A stretch of DNA of 64,000 nucleotides from Antedon mediterranea (taxonomy: Eukaryota; Animalia; Echinodermata): positions 35,288,304-35,352,303 of the forward strand of contig NC_092671.1 in the NCBI RefSeq assembly GCF_964355755.1, written 5' to 3'. Under the pieces are notes generated by a model. That model was not told where the DNA came from, searched no databases, and worked only from the letters and a program-made list of their open reading frames with translations. Shown here in pieces: positions 1 to 14,302 of the stretch (position 1 is its first letter; each line of letters opens with the position of its first letter). Both the position numbers and the translations under genes were made by a program.

Positions 1-1550
1 ATAGCATATAGTAAATACATAGATTATGAAAGAAGTGTATCCAATCATGCAACTCTTTCTAGATTATTTATTTAAGATTATAATAGGATCCCATCAGAAA
101 TAACCTGGAAAATCGTTTATAAATGTATTTGTAATATCAATTTTAATGTTATCTGTATTTTTAAAAATGATTTTCCTATTAAATTAAAATCAAATCAAAC
201 AAATATAATTATGCATTATAAAAATGTTTTTTTTATGTTTAAAGTGTTCACTGTCAATCATTTTAGAGTTATTTCTTACAGTACAACATTAATTATAAGA
301 TTACAATAAAATTACTTGCAAATAGACCATCCCCATGCTTCAGTTTGGTTTTTCATTTTGGACCTTTTTTTTGGTACTTTTTTAATTTTCTATTCTGTTC
401 TTACAGGTTTCGCATTTAATAAAATGCTAAATTCAAGGTATCATTCATTATTATAAGTCATATAATAGATTTTTAGATGATACTAAGTTTTATAATCTAT
501 AATATTACAATATCAAATCTTCAAATATTCATAGTTATTTTATTAAGTTCTATAGCTGAGGAGTGACATATTCAAAGAATGTAATTATTTTTGAAAGGAA
601 AAAAATAATTTTCTGCAATATCATCACGTCATTTTATGCAAACATTGATTCTTGTTTGAAACATATTTTTCTGAAAAATACTAGTCATTTTAACATTTCT
701 AATTTCTTAGACTACCAATCAGTTGGCGAGTCGTTCAAAACATCTGCCAGAAAGTATGAGTAAAAAAACCAATGATAAATCACCTTACCTTAAACTTTTG
801 GCTAAAACGACTATAAATTATTATTATTTAAGGATATATTTCAAAATAAATAGTTTGCTTTTGGCAAAATAACAGAGAACTTTAGATCATAAATAACATT
901 TACGTAAAGAGGAATCATATTCCAATATATATTCAGCTAACTTGGATTAAAATTTCATCAAACTTAAAAGAAGTAATTTCATTTTTTCCTATTGATGCAT
1001 TTTGTATGCAACTTTCAGAAGTCTGAATATTTCGAAATATGTCTCAGATCAAACCGCGACTGAAGAAATTGGTTCACAATAAAGGTAGATGATTTTAAGG
1101 AATAAGGTCAAGATTATTCTAATGCAATTACTGCAATAACTACACTTATATTATATATTATTTTATTTTGTTTCAAGGCAATCACTTCAATAAAACAATG
1201 TGTTAGTTGCCACAAAAATCTAAATAATTACATAATCATTCCATTAATGTAAATTACTTTATATTATTAGTTGTCAATATTTTTATTATATTGAATGTTC
1301 TCTACTGAACCACTTTGGAAATCAATGTTTTAGCACTGAAAGTGTCATTCAGTATAAAGACAGAATAAATAAATAGTAGTTTCGGTCACAATAAAGCCAT
1401 TACCTATACAGTTTAGTATGGTTCACATTGAAATGCTTTTTAAAAGTAAAAAAATGTTGATGCAAAATTCAATGAAATTACCTTCATTTTCAAAAGGAGA
1501 GGTATGCTATGTAGTTTCACCAATGACATTTGTTTAAAAATTATTTATTA

Positions 1551-1681
1551 AGCTCTGTCTACACTATCAATTTTATCAAAATGTGATGTGCCCATATATT
1601 GACATGATGATGTCATATCACTACCATATTTGGGCACATCACACTTTGTTGTCAAACTAGTTTGATAGTGTAGAGAGAGCT
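1551..1681. mobile_element. MITE family A short copy
   Basis: AGCTCTGTCTACACTATCAA ... TTTGATAGTGTAGAGAGAGCT. Confidence 0.8.
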
Positions 1682-1884
1682 TTAGGGTATCATTAGCTTG
1701 ATAAGCAATCAAGTGAAAATGTTCCCTGCTTAGGATAATTAAAAACATTTTAGATATACCTGTAGTTCAAATCTTGTCTTATTTCTTATTTAATCACATT
1801 TTTAATGAGTAATAGTGCAATGAACACAGTACAGAGCATGCTTGAGCAAATAGCTTCTTATAATATTGGCTATTGATTACTTGC

Positions 1885-4800
1885 CTTCAAACAACAGTGC
1901 AGGTTCTTTGCTGTTTGTCCCAGGCACCTGAAGTGTATCTCTTAGATTCAATAGTACAGATTCAATCAAATCAACCTCAAGCCTTGAGTCAATACCAAAA
2001 CCATATCCTGAAAATAGAGCAAAGAATTATTATAATAATCTCATTCATTCATAATTATGATTTGTTTATCCTTGCAATTACGTATCACATGTCATTTGGA
2101 ATTAGCCCTATCTAACGAAAAAGTGATAGGCCCTATCCAATGGATAATCAATGCGCACAAATACACATTCAGCTTTCTGTAAACATTTTGAGAATACGCG
2201 TTTAAAGATGGAGCGCGTTTAAAGATGGAGCACGTTGCTTAGTTTCCCGGGCTATCATTCGTTACTGATTTACAATGGATAACTTTAATCAAATTATGTG
2301 TGTTATAAAACATGCAACGTTGTTTTCTGATCACGTTCGATAATAACTAAAACTATAACTGTTCTACTACGCGTTCAAAGTTTGAGCACTGCCTGTTTTA
2401 AAGGCCTAGCTTCCCGGCCTAGCATTTGTCAATGATTTACAATGATAACTTAAATTAAAGTATGTGTGTTACAAAACAAATAATGAATGTTTTGCATTCG
2501 TTGAATGGAGAATATTTCATTCATTCTAATGAAATATTCTCACCATCCAACTCATAAACTTCATTATTTAAATAATATTTAACAATAATTCATCGTTGAA
2601 CACAGTCAAAGTCATTAACTTCTTATCGGCTTTAATACGGAAGATTGTAATGATATATCTACTGTATATGTATGCAATATACAGTACAAACTTCTTCTCA
2701 TTAATTTAACAATATTCTGCAATCATAGCAACGATCCAGGTCTTTAATAATAAATACTTAGAAACCATCCAGGGACCACAAAACAAATTTTACAGCTATG
2801 AATTTGCAATTAACTTTGAGCAGAGTTAAAACATTTCCATAGCAACAGATGTGGGGATTATTAAGAAAAATGATATTACAAATGTAATTACGATTCCGAA
2901 CAATTCACAATAGATACATTTAATTGCCAGAGAATCTCTAACATTTATTGTTCACATACATGAATAGTCTCTGTCTCTCTCTTTTATCACCAATTAAATA
3001 TTAATTATGGCATTGTACATTATAATTATGTACAGTACTGTAGTTTTATTAGGATCATTACAGAATATTTTATCGTCCAACTATGCATTTTTTAAATGTC
3101 AAACAATCATTTTCATAAGCATATCAAATATAGTTTTCATTTTTTATAATTATTGATGATAATAGTTAAGACAGTTATTTGTTCTTATTTATGCCTATTA
3201 ATATCATCATTATTATTAAAGTATTTCTTTATTGTTACCTAAATACTATTTTTTTAACTTGACAAGAAGATAATGCTCTAATGCGGATATAAGGAATCAG
3301 ATAATGAGATACAGTAGTGTTATATACCATTTATTTAATTTTATTAATTTTTCAGCTGCTACAGTAAAATGCGGATATAAGGAATCAGACAAAAACAAAG
3401 ATATACTGTAGTGGTATATCCCACTTTCATTTTCTATTTATTAAATTTTCTTATTTTCTGCAAACACACACAAACAGCAACACATAGTTTGATTGGGCCA
3501 AGGAGTAGCAAAAGAGACCTACAGCCTACTGTATGTTGCTGCCGATTAGGCATGCCAAGACTCAAAATGCAATCATATATAAATGATAATACAGTTCAAC
3601 TCTACGCAAAAACTATAATAGGTTTAATATAATTTCCAAGCTGATTCTAAATTGGCATTCTTTTGAATCAACTTAGTTAGGAGCAGAAGACAAGCATTGC
3701 AATTATATTTCACAGACTGAGATCTAATTTGATTTGTCTCACTGCAAAATTTAAATTGGCAAATCTTTACAAATGAACCAACACGAAAAAAAAAACAATA
3801 GTATTTAAGTTAGAAATGGAAGAAGCATTCAAATTACACTAGACTATAGGTCTGATTCAATTTCCAAGCTGACATTCTTAAAGAAATTGGCAAATTACAC
3901 AAATGAACAAGAACTACAGTACTAGTTCTAATTAAATTTCCAAGTTGAGTATTGCGAGTATTGTATACAATACAATGCAATTCGCTTTCACACAAATTAG
4001 GGAAATTGGGCGACTATCATTTTAAAGAACCTAGTACATCTTTTGAGACGAGTAGGGGGTTACCCCGGTGTATTAGTACATCACAGCCACTGATAACCAA
4101 CTGGGCCCTCTGGGAGACCAGTCTTTGACTGAAGAGGTTACTCAGTATAAATATATATTTCAATCAATTTCAAAATACAGGTACTCGATTGAAAGCAGCA
4201 ATAACGTAGAAGTAGTCACTGTTTTATGTGCTAAACAAAACAGGGGGATTACCACCTATCTGATAGGACAGTAATTAATTTACTATTGGAAATCTTTGGC
4301 CACAAGTGCCTAAAGACATAAAAATAAAAAAATAAATAATAAAATAAACCGTGAAAGACCATAGGTTTCCAATCCCCATTGTTGTTTTCTGCGTGTTCCA
4401 ATTGGCAGAAATACATGTAGATAGCGTACCATCTTTTAGATGAGATGTTGAGTCGTCTGCAACATGGCTCATGTTCACCGCAGTACACTCTTCGAAAAGA
4501 GTAGAGGATTGTCTCCCAGTGTACTGTCCAATTCACATCTAAGGACTTTATAGTGGGTTATTTAAAAAAACAGCAAAAATGAATACACACAATATTGTAA
4601 TACACTGTATGTATTGTAAAAGAAATTGCACTTTATTTCTCAAAAGTAGCACAGTACTATGTTTATGTAATCTTACAACTATAAATAGCATGTACTAGGC
4701 CTACTGTACTTTCCCTATGTCATTTGCACTTGTAAATTGAGCACAGACGAAAACATCGTTATTACTAACTCACTGAAAACTACACATAAATGACAGAGTA

Positions 4801-7800
4801 GATTAAAAGAATAAATTATTTCTAATTTGAATACCATAAATTTTTATGCATAAATTCTTGATAGAATTGCATAAAGATCTGTGCATATATACACCTCTTA
4901 TAATTTTCCTCCTCCATTGGTAATTTTTTGTGCGGAAAAAATCCTACCTAGCTATTAAGATCAAATTAAAATAAAATTTTATAGCTGCCCTATGTACCGG
5001 TTAGCCAAATGTTTGTATGAGACGAGGGCCTCATTCTAGTCTATTTGACAGCAAAGTGAGCCTATGCAATTAATTATTTAATCTTACCCATACATTGGGT
5101 TAACAAACTATAGGGCAACATAAAATAAATGGAAAAAATAATTCTATGTTATCATAGGTGTATTTAATAAATATGATTACAAACTATCTATTTTAAAATA
5201 GATATAATACAGTGATGTACAGTAGCCACAAGAAATAAAGTGGTGCGGTTTTTCGTAAGAAAAGGGTTGAACAGTCTCTGTTCAAGCCACAGAGTTGTCA
5301 AAGGCCTCTGTGAAAAAGTGGACAGGTTGAAACCTTACTGGTGGCTACAGCCCTTTTAGACTTTATTGTACATTCACACGTTTCTCCATTTTGTTTGAAA
5401 AAAGAACAACCTGACAACAATCCTCTAGCATTTGGAATGCTGATAAATTCATACTGAATTTTACAACCAAGGAGTGACAATTAAATACCTAGGTACACAA
5501 CACATCCGTTTAGAAAATTACTTTACAACGCCATTTTACAGTATACATTTGACAAATGTCGTGGGTACATACCCGTTAGTTAAATTACTTCACAACACTG
5601 TAAACCACTAATAATCAAATTATACATAATTATTTGAGTTGTCAATAGCAACCACAGGTTTTGCGTTATTCTGACCTTGGCGTGATCTTCAGGGGAAAGA
5701 AACTTAATCCAGTAACTGCTAAATGAGGATTGATTTTGGCGGGGTTACTTAGGGCAAGCTTTTTAACTGCGTCTTTCAATTAATGCATGTCAGTTTTAGT
5801 AGAGCGAGATGTGTGTGTTACTTTAGTATAATGTAAACACGAGATATTTTAATCTAATATCGGGTAGTAAAGTTAGGCTCACTGTACATTCAGAGATTTT
5901 AGCTGCTGATACTAGACTTTTTAATTGCGTATTTCAATTAATGTTTCTTAGTTTTAGTAGTATGAAATGTAAGGTATACTTGGGTTAAAAGTAAACTTTA
6001 TCTAACATTAAATGTATTTCTTCAATTAGTAAATTATGAAATTAATTATTAAAGTGGTATTAAAATTTTCTTTTCTTATTTTCTGTTCTGCTCTATGTTT
6101 TGACAATACTACAACTACACTTTACTTTATATCATTTGATTTATGATAAAAGTTAAGGGATCCTTGATAATGACTATGTGTATTTATTTTTATTTTTTTA
6201 TTCAACATTATTTATAGAGGGTGACCCTAAACAGAGTATGTCGACAACCAAAGGGCCCTCTTGATGAGTTATGATATAAGTGTCTGTGTGACAGTGGCTG
6301 TGTGTATACTAGTACACCGGGCGACCCCCTATTCGTCTCAAAAGATGTACTAGGTTCTTTAAAGTGCACATGACCTATGGTTTATAATCCTTATCCAAGA
6401 ACTTAGAAGACTCGTTCTACCGCCAGAACCTTGGAGCGAGTGAGGCTTGAACCCTTACCGATGTTATGGCTAGGTATTATGGTTTCAATGTCTTAACCAC
6501 TTGGCCACTCGCTGTTAAGATAAACACAAGAAACATATACTATACCGGCATTGTAGAATTTAGAATCTACTATTCAATTCTTTTATATTTTCTGTCTAGT
6601 CTGACAGGTACACTATGTACTATAAACTAGTATATTGTTTTATGATAATGGAAAAGGGATTTAGATCCTTGATAAATGACTAGTCTGTACATTCATCAAT
6701 ACCTACTAATAAAAGCCAACACTGAAGTCAATTAGAAGACTTTTATGATGAAATATGAGGAACATGCTTACGCTTTTAATTTTTAACACCCCCGTTGCTA
6801 TATATCAGGTGGGAAGCTCTGTCTACACTATCAAAATAGTTTGATAAAACAAGTACAGTATGATGAGCCCAAGTATGGTGGTGATACTGTATGCCCAAAT
6901 ATAGTAGTGATATGACATCATTATGTTCATATAATGGGTGCATCACTGTTGACGAGGAGTGGAAAGATTGTATTAAAAAAAAAATTATATTCAAATACAA
7001 TTTGGAAAGTACCCTAAAACAATCTTAATTTATTTATTGTGCGGTAAATGTCAAGTAATAAATCTATTTCAAATTTTGCGAAAAATACAGGCAGTGGTTT
7101 ACCGCAAACAAACTTCTGTAAATATACTTTAGCTGTACTGTAGGTACTAAGCCTGAGTATCTTAACCCCGCATTGATAAGATGGGAAATATGAATAATCA
7201 TTTATTGCTCATCATTGTCTGTGAATGTGCGATAAACAACAAAGAACATAGCTCATAACTAATCGGATGTTAAATATTTTCCTGTTGTTTGATAACCTTA
7301 AATGGATCATGTAGGTATATGGCTTACTTTACACACAGACATAGCGTACAAGGAAATGTACTTTTTAGTGTTACATAGTTAAAGGCCAAGTAGGCCTAGA
7401 CAAGTATTCTTTCCTATACAACATCAAACAAAGATATTTTCCCACGATCACAAAAAGCCGGTCACCTCTTCTACAAGTTTTTGACCGTGCATTTAATGTC
7501 TCTATGAACAATCATAGTATAAAATATATAACAAATCACACACTCAACCTAGCTCTGTCTACACTATCAAACTCTATGTAACCAAAAAATGTTATGTGCC
7601 ATTATGGACATGATGACGTCATGTCACTACTACCATGTTTGGGCACACTTTTTTGTCGAACTAGTTTGATAGTGTGGACCTAAGCTTTATATAAAAGAAT
7701 TATTTATTTCATTTTACCACTTGTCTCATGGTATAAATTGATAAATTTATTCTTGTGCTTATGTGGTGCTTTCAATCCTACCGTACAAATCGAACAACAC

Positions 7801-9085
7801 ACCATTTCAATCGGATACGTCTAGGAACAATAAAAACAACTAATTTGGAAAGCACTCAGCAGATGAGACCATGAAAACAGAGCCTCAACCTCCACCAGGG
7901 TGAGACCAAGTCTCTCTTGATCAACATCAACCTTTTCCATGACATAATGACTTCAAATGTAGAGTTTAAAAATGTACAAACATGGAAAAGTATAAAATAT
8001 ACTGTTTACTAGGTGAATGTTTAAAACACAAAATGTCCACTCGTTCTTAACAAAACCATCGGTTCTGCATATATCTACTTTTTTTTATTTTACATTAAAA
8101 TTTGTTTACTGTTCTGTATATACAGTACCTTCCAAATTATGCCTATGTATGCTTTTATTTCATTTTTCTGTATATGTTACAATTGTTCTTTTAAACCTTG
8201 TAACTGGACCATTTTGAGAAGCAGCAATCCAGTCAAAAGAAAGAATAAATAAATAAAATTGGTATGACAATGTAAATATTAATACGTTAAATTTGTTAAT
8301 GTGTGACCTTCAAATCAATTTGTAAATTCTCAACAGTTAGTAAAAATCAAAATTCTGTCATTGTTTTCAGTATTAAAATTGTTTAATGAACTTGGATTAA
8401 ATTCTACAATTTGATTGGTGCGAACATCTTTAAGTTCGTCATTTATGTAACCCTGTTTACAAATCTTTAAAGAATATGATTTCCTGTCGTTTGGACAACA
8501 TAATGACTCAAAATATACTTATAAACTCAACAAAACGGAGTTAGTACAGCATAGGATCTGCCGACATACTTTAATTACTAGCTTGTATTCATCATCTTAA
8601 ATAGTTTGAGCACCATCAACATTTGTTTTTTCTCAGTAATTGTTATTAATTTCAACAAGAATACAGTACATATTTTTGTATGAGCTATAATTTTTTTTTT
8701 TTTTTAATGCCTTTCTTTGTTTGCGAGTCGCAGCGTTTTGAAATACTGGGAAGAGTGGAGGATGGGGAGGCCTAAAATTGTAAAATGACTGAACTTTTTT
8801 TTATTTTTTACATTTTATTTTATAAAATATTCAGTCTGTATATGATTGAGGATGTTCTTGAACATAATTTTTTTTTAGACCGAACGTTCAGCCCTTTGTT
8901 ACTTGATGTATCATAGAAAAATTTAAGAAAAAAAAAATCTGGTCACACTAATATTAGAAATTAATATAACTACTGTTAATTAAAAATTGAAAACATATTT
9001 TAAGAAATTAAATAATATTTAACTTACCTTCTTTGGTAAATAAAACCAACGGCAATATCGTCACAATCCACATTAAATCCATCAT
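1885..9085 (-). CDS. NELL: NELL-like secreted protein (NELL1/2 family), first two coding exons; gene continues beyond the window start
   Basis: Exon 9085-9028 encodes MMDLMWIVTILPLVLFTKE (signal peptide; donor AG|GTAAGT, phase 1). Exon 2007-1885 encodes GYGFGIDSRLEVDLIESVLLNLRDTLQVPGTNSKEPALLFE (acceptor TTTTCAG; donor AG|GCAAGT). This resembles vertebrate NELL N-termini (GFGMDPDLQMDIV...QVSG...AFLFQ) with the same phase-1/phase-1 exon layout. Confidence 0.75.
6215..6512 (-). mobile_element. Deu/Nin-like SINE copy
   Basis: Reverse complement matches 38832-39150. Confidence 0.75.
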
Positions 9086-10062
9086 GCAAGATGCAAACAA
9101 AACACTCCCGTCTTAAATCTCTCCAATTATGTGATCTTATAAAAAAACAAAAGATAAAGGTATCGCTGAGGAAATGTTCTTACTGATACAAGATCTGTGG
9201 GAATATTAAGAATCCTATAGTGACCGGTTTAATTGCTTGTTCTTCACTTTGTACCACAGGATGTAAGGTTTCATAGGCTTTATGTAAAGAAGTAAAGTAA
9301 CGCCCACAACATGGGCTATTCTCATTATAGTGAGAGGGGTGTTATATCTGCAAAATACTTTATTAATGTTAAATTAAATCAATTTTAAAGTATAAGCTCA
9401 CAACATACAATTGACAAAATAGATAAACATATACAGTATTAAGAGCAATGGTTTTTTTAAGTGTTATATTAATTAATGATTATTTACTGTATAAAACATG
9501 TACAAAGTTATAACAAATAATTTATATTGTTACCATAATTTTATTTATTATTAAGTGTCAATTGTATGATTCTTTTATTCAATCTGCAAATGAAATAACA
9601 CAAAAAAGTCAATCAATATAATTATGAATTAAATTATTGGTAGGCTTACATAATACAATGTCACATGATTTAAAACAAAACCAGTAAAAGATAAAATATT
9701 TCCATATACTAGTAATGTATCTACTGTATATATTGCATGTTGTATTTGGTCCCTAATTAGAGGAATCTTTGCTAAGGTTTTTATTTGTAAGGAGAAACCT
9801 GTAAGATTCAATACACAACACGTATGAATAAATTATTTTAAAAACAATTGGTGGCAGTCTGCATGTTTACCACACAGTGACATTACAACCGTCAAATATA
9901 AATTTAATGTACATATCTCGGTATCTTTATTCATTAAAAACAATGACATTTTAAAAATATAAAGGAAGGAACAGGTGCTGAATTGACGTATTCTTTACAA
10001 AAAAAAAGAATCACAAATTACACAAATAAAATATATCAAAAGTAAAATGTATATATAAATTA

Positions 10063-10481
10063 AACCGGGCGGTTTGGAATTTATTTCTATGCCTGTTGTG
10101 TTTATATATATATAAAAGTATCTCTCGAGATCCCGCTCAGTGAATAAATATACTGAATTATAGATGAGGGCGTATCAATTTGATCTCTGGTGCGCGTGCG
10201 TACAACTGAGGACTAGTTGTGTTCCAACCGTACCACGCCGAGAATGTTAAAGGGTCGTTGTCCGATCGAGTTAAAGAACAATACCATGAAAGCCTCAGTG
10301 GTCTAATGGTTAGGGCAACTGCATATCAAGCAGACGGTCCGAGTTCGAGTCTCGGTTGGGGCGACTTTTTCTCATTCTCACAGATTTCCTCATCTTTATC
10401 GTTTCAAAAATTAATTAAATAATTTTCAGTGTATCACCGGGCGGTTTGGAATTTATTTCTATGCCTGTTGTGTTTATATAT
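10063..10481 (+). mobile_element. (TA)n-associated repeat carrying the tRNA-like cassette (copy 1 plus an extra right-end fragment)
   Basis: Near-identical to 53463-53733. The terminus ACCGGGCGGTTTGGAATTTATTTCTATGCCTGTTGTGTT-TATATA occurs twice here (10063 and 10436). Confidence 0.75.
10292..10363 (+). tRNA. tRNA-Asp(ATC)-like cloverleaf inside a repeat (probably pseudo or TE-borne)
   Basis: 72-nt cloverleaf GCCTCAG..TTGGGGC-G with A box TGGTCTAATGG, B box GAGTTCGAGTC, anticodon loop ATATCAA, followed by TTTTT. Confidence 0.5.
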
Positions 10482-10757
10482 CAATAAAAAAATAGAACAC
10501 CAATTATATAGTTTGTAAACTATTATTTTCTAATAATTTCATTAAGTAGAGGACAGGACTATTTTTAAATCTTTCAGCTTTTATCACAGGGATTTCGTAT
10601 TTACTTTTATTCCTTAAAGTTGCATTGATGAAACATTTTTTGATTTTGGTAGCCAGTGATTAAAACATTCATTTTTGTGCTTACTTTTTTTGCAAAACGT
10701 ATGCACAGGTTGGTCCTGCGTTGAGACTGGCTCTCTAAATGTTTTTGGCAAGAATAA

Positions 10758-11684
10758 CGCCCGTATTCTTAAACCGGACTTTAGTCATAGTTCGAAGTTC
10801 GACTTGGAAAAGTCGTAGTTCGAGCTATTACTTCAAATTCGATTCAAAAACGAAGTAGTCAAAGTTTGCAGTTCGACTTAATGAAGTCGAGCTTTTAGTC
10901 GAGTTGCACACGTCTGGGTAACAAAGGCTATACATTGGCCAATGACAAGAGAGTATTGCGGAAGCAGACGAAATTTTGCGCATTGATATCACTTTCCATT
11001 TCTTACAACACTTTTTACGCATCAGGACTATATACATGAAAAATAATTTTAATCGTTAATTATTAGAACAATATCAGTATTAATTTAACAGTGAAGTATA
11101 TTTGATTAACAACAAATAAAATCTTAAAAATATATTTAGGAACCATGGCGGTACGGTAACTTTTATATTTTCTAGGCCCCCAACAAACTATGATCGCCAC
11201 GAACCACGCACTTCATAGCGTGACAAGAAAGCGCTAGGCCCCCTAAACATTCCATCGCGTGGTGAATTGCCGCATCTCCCATTGTCGCTATGGCGTGACG
11301 TAGCTCAAGTCGGACTTGCGCGAAGAAAATAATGTAATTTGTATACAGTTGTAAATAAAGATGATTTTCATTATTATAATTTATACCAATGTATATTTAA
11401 TTAAGCTAATATAAATATAGATATTTCATTCTTCAATATCTGGCCAATATAACAACTCAATGACTGTTACGTTTTTTATAAACATCGTTTAAAAACCATT
11501 TAGTCGACCATTTAGTCTGCCCTCTCCAGGACTAAAAAAATCGATCAAAATCCGTCTCGATTTAGTCGAGGTTGGCCTGATTTAGTCGGTGATTTAGTTG
11601 AAGTTCGGTTTATGAATTAAAATGACGTCATTTTTTTAGTTTTAGCTCGAACTACGACTAAAGTCCGGTTTAAGAATACGGGCG
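10758..11684. mobile_element. PIF/Harbinger-like MITE
   Basis: TIR of about 40 bp (CGCCCGTATTCTTAAACCGGACTTTAGTC...); TAA TSD on both sides. Confidence 0.85.
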
Positions 11685-13181
11685 TAAATCTACAAATATG
11701 TTTTTGCTCCATTTCAAGTGAAACATCAATTTTTACTGAAAGATATGATACCATACAGGGTAAGTAGATTCTAAAGTAAGGCGAATATACTGTAGCCCAA
11801 GTCAACACTTAATAATTCTTTTTTGTTAAAACAAAATTCTTTTAATTTTCTTAGCATAAACATTGTTTTATTTGCTTTTTTTTTATCATTTGGTCAACGT
11901 GGTTATCTCATTTAATTTTGCACACTAGTACTCTACATTTGATAATGTATTTTTATTTGTCGATGGCGAAATGTGAACATTGTGGTACATATAATTATTT
12001 TGTTTCATTTTATGGATTGCGATAGGTAAACAAATATGGTAAAATATAAACAATTATTATACATTAACAAAACGTGTAGCTGAATAAACAAATAATAATG
12101 TTATTTATTTACCTCTAAAGGAAGTTGTCACAGGTCTAGAATATCACACTTTCCTTTACAGTCTTTCTAATTGTTCCTTAACTACTTCAGGATATGATAG
12201 AGTATTTGTAGGTACTGTACATCATCTCTTTTTATCCACAACCGAAGTGTTGGTTGAACCACAAATATAAAATCTAGTAGGCCTGAAAAAACCCTCCAAA
12301 ATTAGTCATTGTCATGGTTGTGTCATACTTGTTCTGTCCTGAAAAGCGCACCATGTGGTTATATTTATATTTTATTTGTAAAATATAATCTATTCAAATT
12401 ATCATATCAATTATCATTTTTTTTTTTTTTAAGAATAAAGAAATTTAGACTGTAGTTTTATAAATGTTTTCTTGGTATAATGGAGTTACATAATTCAAAA
12501 CCAAAAGTTAAAAAGTGTAAAAACTTTGTTGGTGTGTGAATATAAAGAAGAGGAAAAAGGAATGGATAGGGGAACACATCATCTGAGCTTATGATGCTTG
12601 GCTACCAATCCAAGGATCCTGGGTTCTAAGACCTGTTATATGTCATGATTTTTTCTAATGAAAAATTACAACTCCACTCTCAAAGACTTGTAATAAGATT
12701 TTGTTTTTGTAGAGCATCTTGTGTATATTTTATGTATATGTATCTTGTGACTGGAATTGCCACCTTTAAGATGGATGTAAATGAATTCGCTTATGGATCC
12801 TTGGCGAACTTGCCTAAATATATCAGAACAAAAACAATCGGGGTTGCAATGCAGTAATTGATATCCATTCTTTTATAATGAAATTGAAATTATGAAACTA
12901 ATAATAGTTCAACAAGTAGGCCTACTTACTAGTACTCGTCTTGAATAAAAGGCACAGTTCAAGAAAATATTTCTAGGCTAGACCGAGGCTTACACATCCT
13001 GTAAAATGTAATAAAGATATATAAAATCATAAATATAGTTAATAGGCTCACTACATAAACCACAGAGTTGAATGACCAAAACTCATTACGAAATGATGTT
13101 TTAATTTGATAATTCAAAGAAATAGGCCTACCTTTTACCATTTAAAAAAAAATTGAAATATAGTCTAGGCCTAGGCCTAGC

Positions 13182-14302
13182 GGATTAGGCCAACTTCGGC
13201 CACAGACAATTTCGGCCACAGACAATATTACTACCATATCTATGGAACGCCCATAGTGCCATTGATAGGGGAACAATGAGACACGACAATGTAATACAGG
13301 ATTATCGATTTCATTGCGTTTTACTTTTGTTTTTACACAGGAAAACACGGACACAGACAAACTTGGCAATTAATTAAATAATTAATAATGAAAATAAAAT
13401 ACTAACACGTATTTTATAGCTAGGTGGCATGAGATAAGAAACGAAGAATTACGTAGATACCGATATTTCAGAGTACAAAAAATACAATACGGTTGAAATT
13501 AAAATGTATAGTTTTTACAAATAAAAGAAATGAATTGAATGAGGCCTAAGTGATACTAATTGTATGTACATTTTTCTATAAATATAAAACGAATTGAAGT
13601 ACGTATTACTCATTTTGTTTGTACTGTATTTTGACATGTTAAAATATGTTAAATGCATATCGCCGCAAATTACTCGATTATTATTTTTATGTTGGGTCTG
13701 ATATGTTCGTTTTATTTATGCACCTGTGTTCTTAAGACATGACCTGAGCTCCATGATAAAACATTTAATTACTCCTGTGTTGTATTAAAAACCAATCAAA
13801 TGAAGACGACAAAGTTTTATTAAATTTATTTTTTTTTATCACTAATTTTCTTCTTGATTCTGCTTGTATTGATGTGTGAGTTCCTGATATTCCTCTTTGT
13901 TCCTTAGGTCACCTAAGCAATGGAAGGAAAAACGTTTTAATTAAATTTCTTTTTTTTTCTTAGCATTTCTATTTCTTTTTTCATAGCCAAACTATTAATA
14001 CGTCTGTACTAAGAGAGTATTTAACTGTGTCACTGACAGTTGAATTTGTTTTTCACCAAGACTCCATGATATAACTAAACTGGAATGGAAACAACAAATC
14101 TAATAAATGCAAATTGTAGTGGAATAACGTTAAGAATGATAACACTGTAATGGTAGTAATCGTCATAAAAAATACTATCCAACAAAGCATGAGATGCGAT
14201 AACTAATAGCAAAAACAATAGCACGGTCTAATATATGCGTGAATGGCGCGCCATAGAAATCTGTTGTGGCCGAAACTGTCTGTGGCCGAAACGGTCATAT
14301 GC
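13182..14302. mobile_element. MULE-like non-autonomous element
   Basis: Inverted subterminal TTCGGCCACAGAC repeats; 9-bp flanks AGGCCTAGC / TGGCCTAGC (one mismatch). Confidence 0.6.

Noticed and set aside
711-1084. Plus-strand exon-like segments 711-753 and 1019-1084
   Set aside because: Reasonable splice signals, but all joined frames stop, no recognisable protein, and they lie antisense within a NELL intron.
5650-5700. CTGAAGA hammerhead-like word (also CTGATGA at about 27630)
   Set aside because: Stems and GAAA cannot be formed convincingly.
10219-10422. Duplicated small ORF (also 53391-53675)
   Set aside because: Chance frame through the tRNA-bearing repeat; non-ATG starts and different N-termini.
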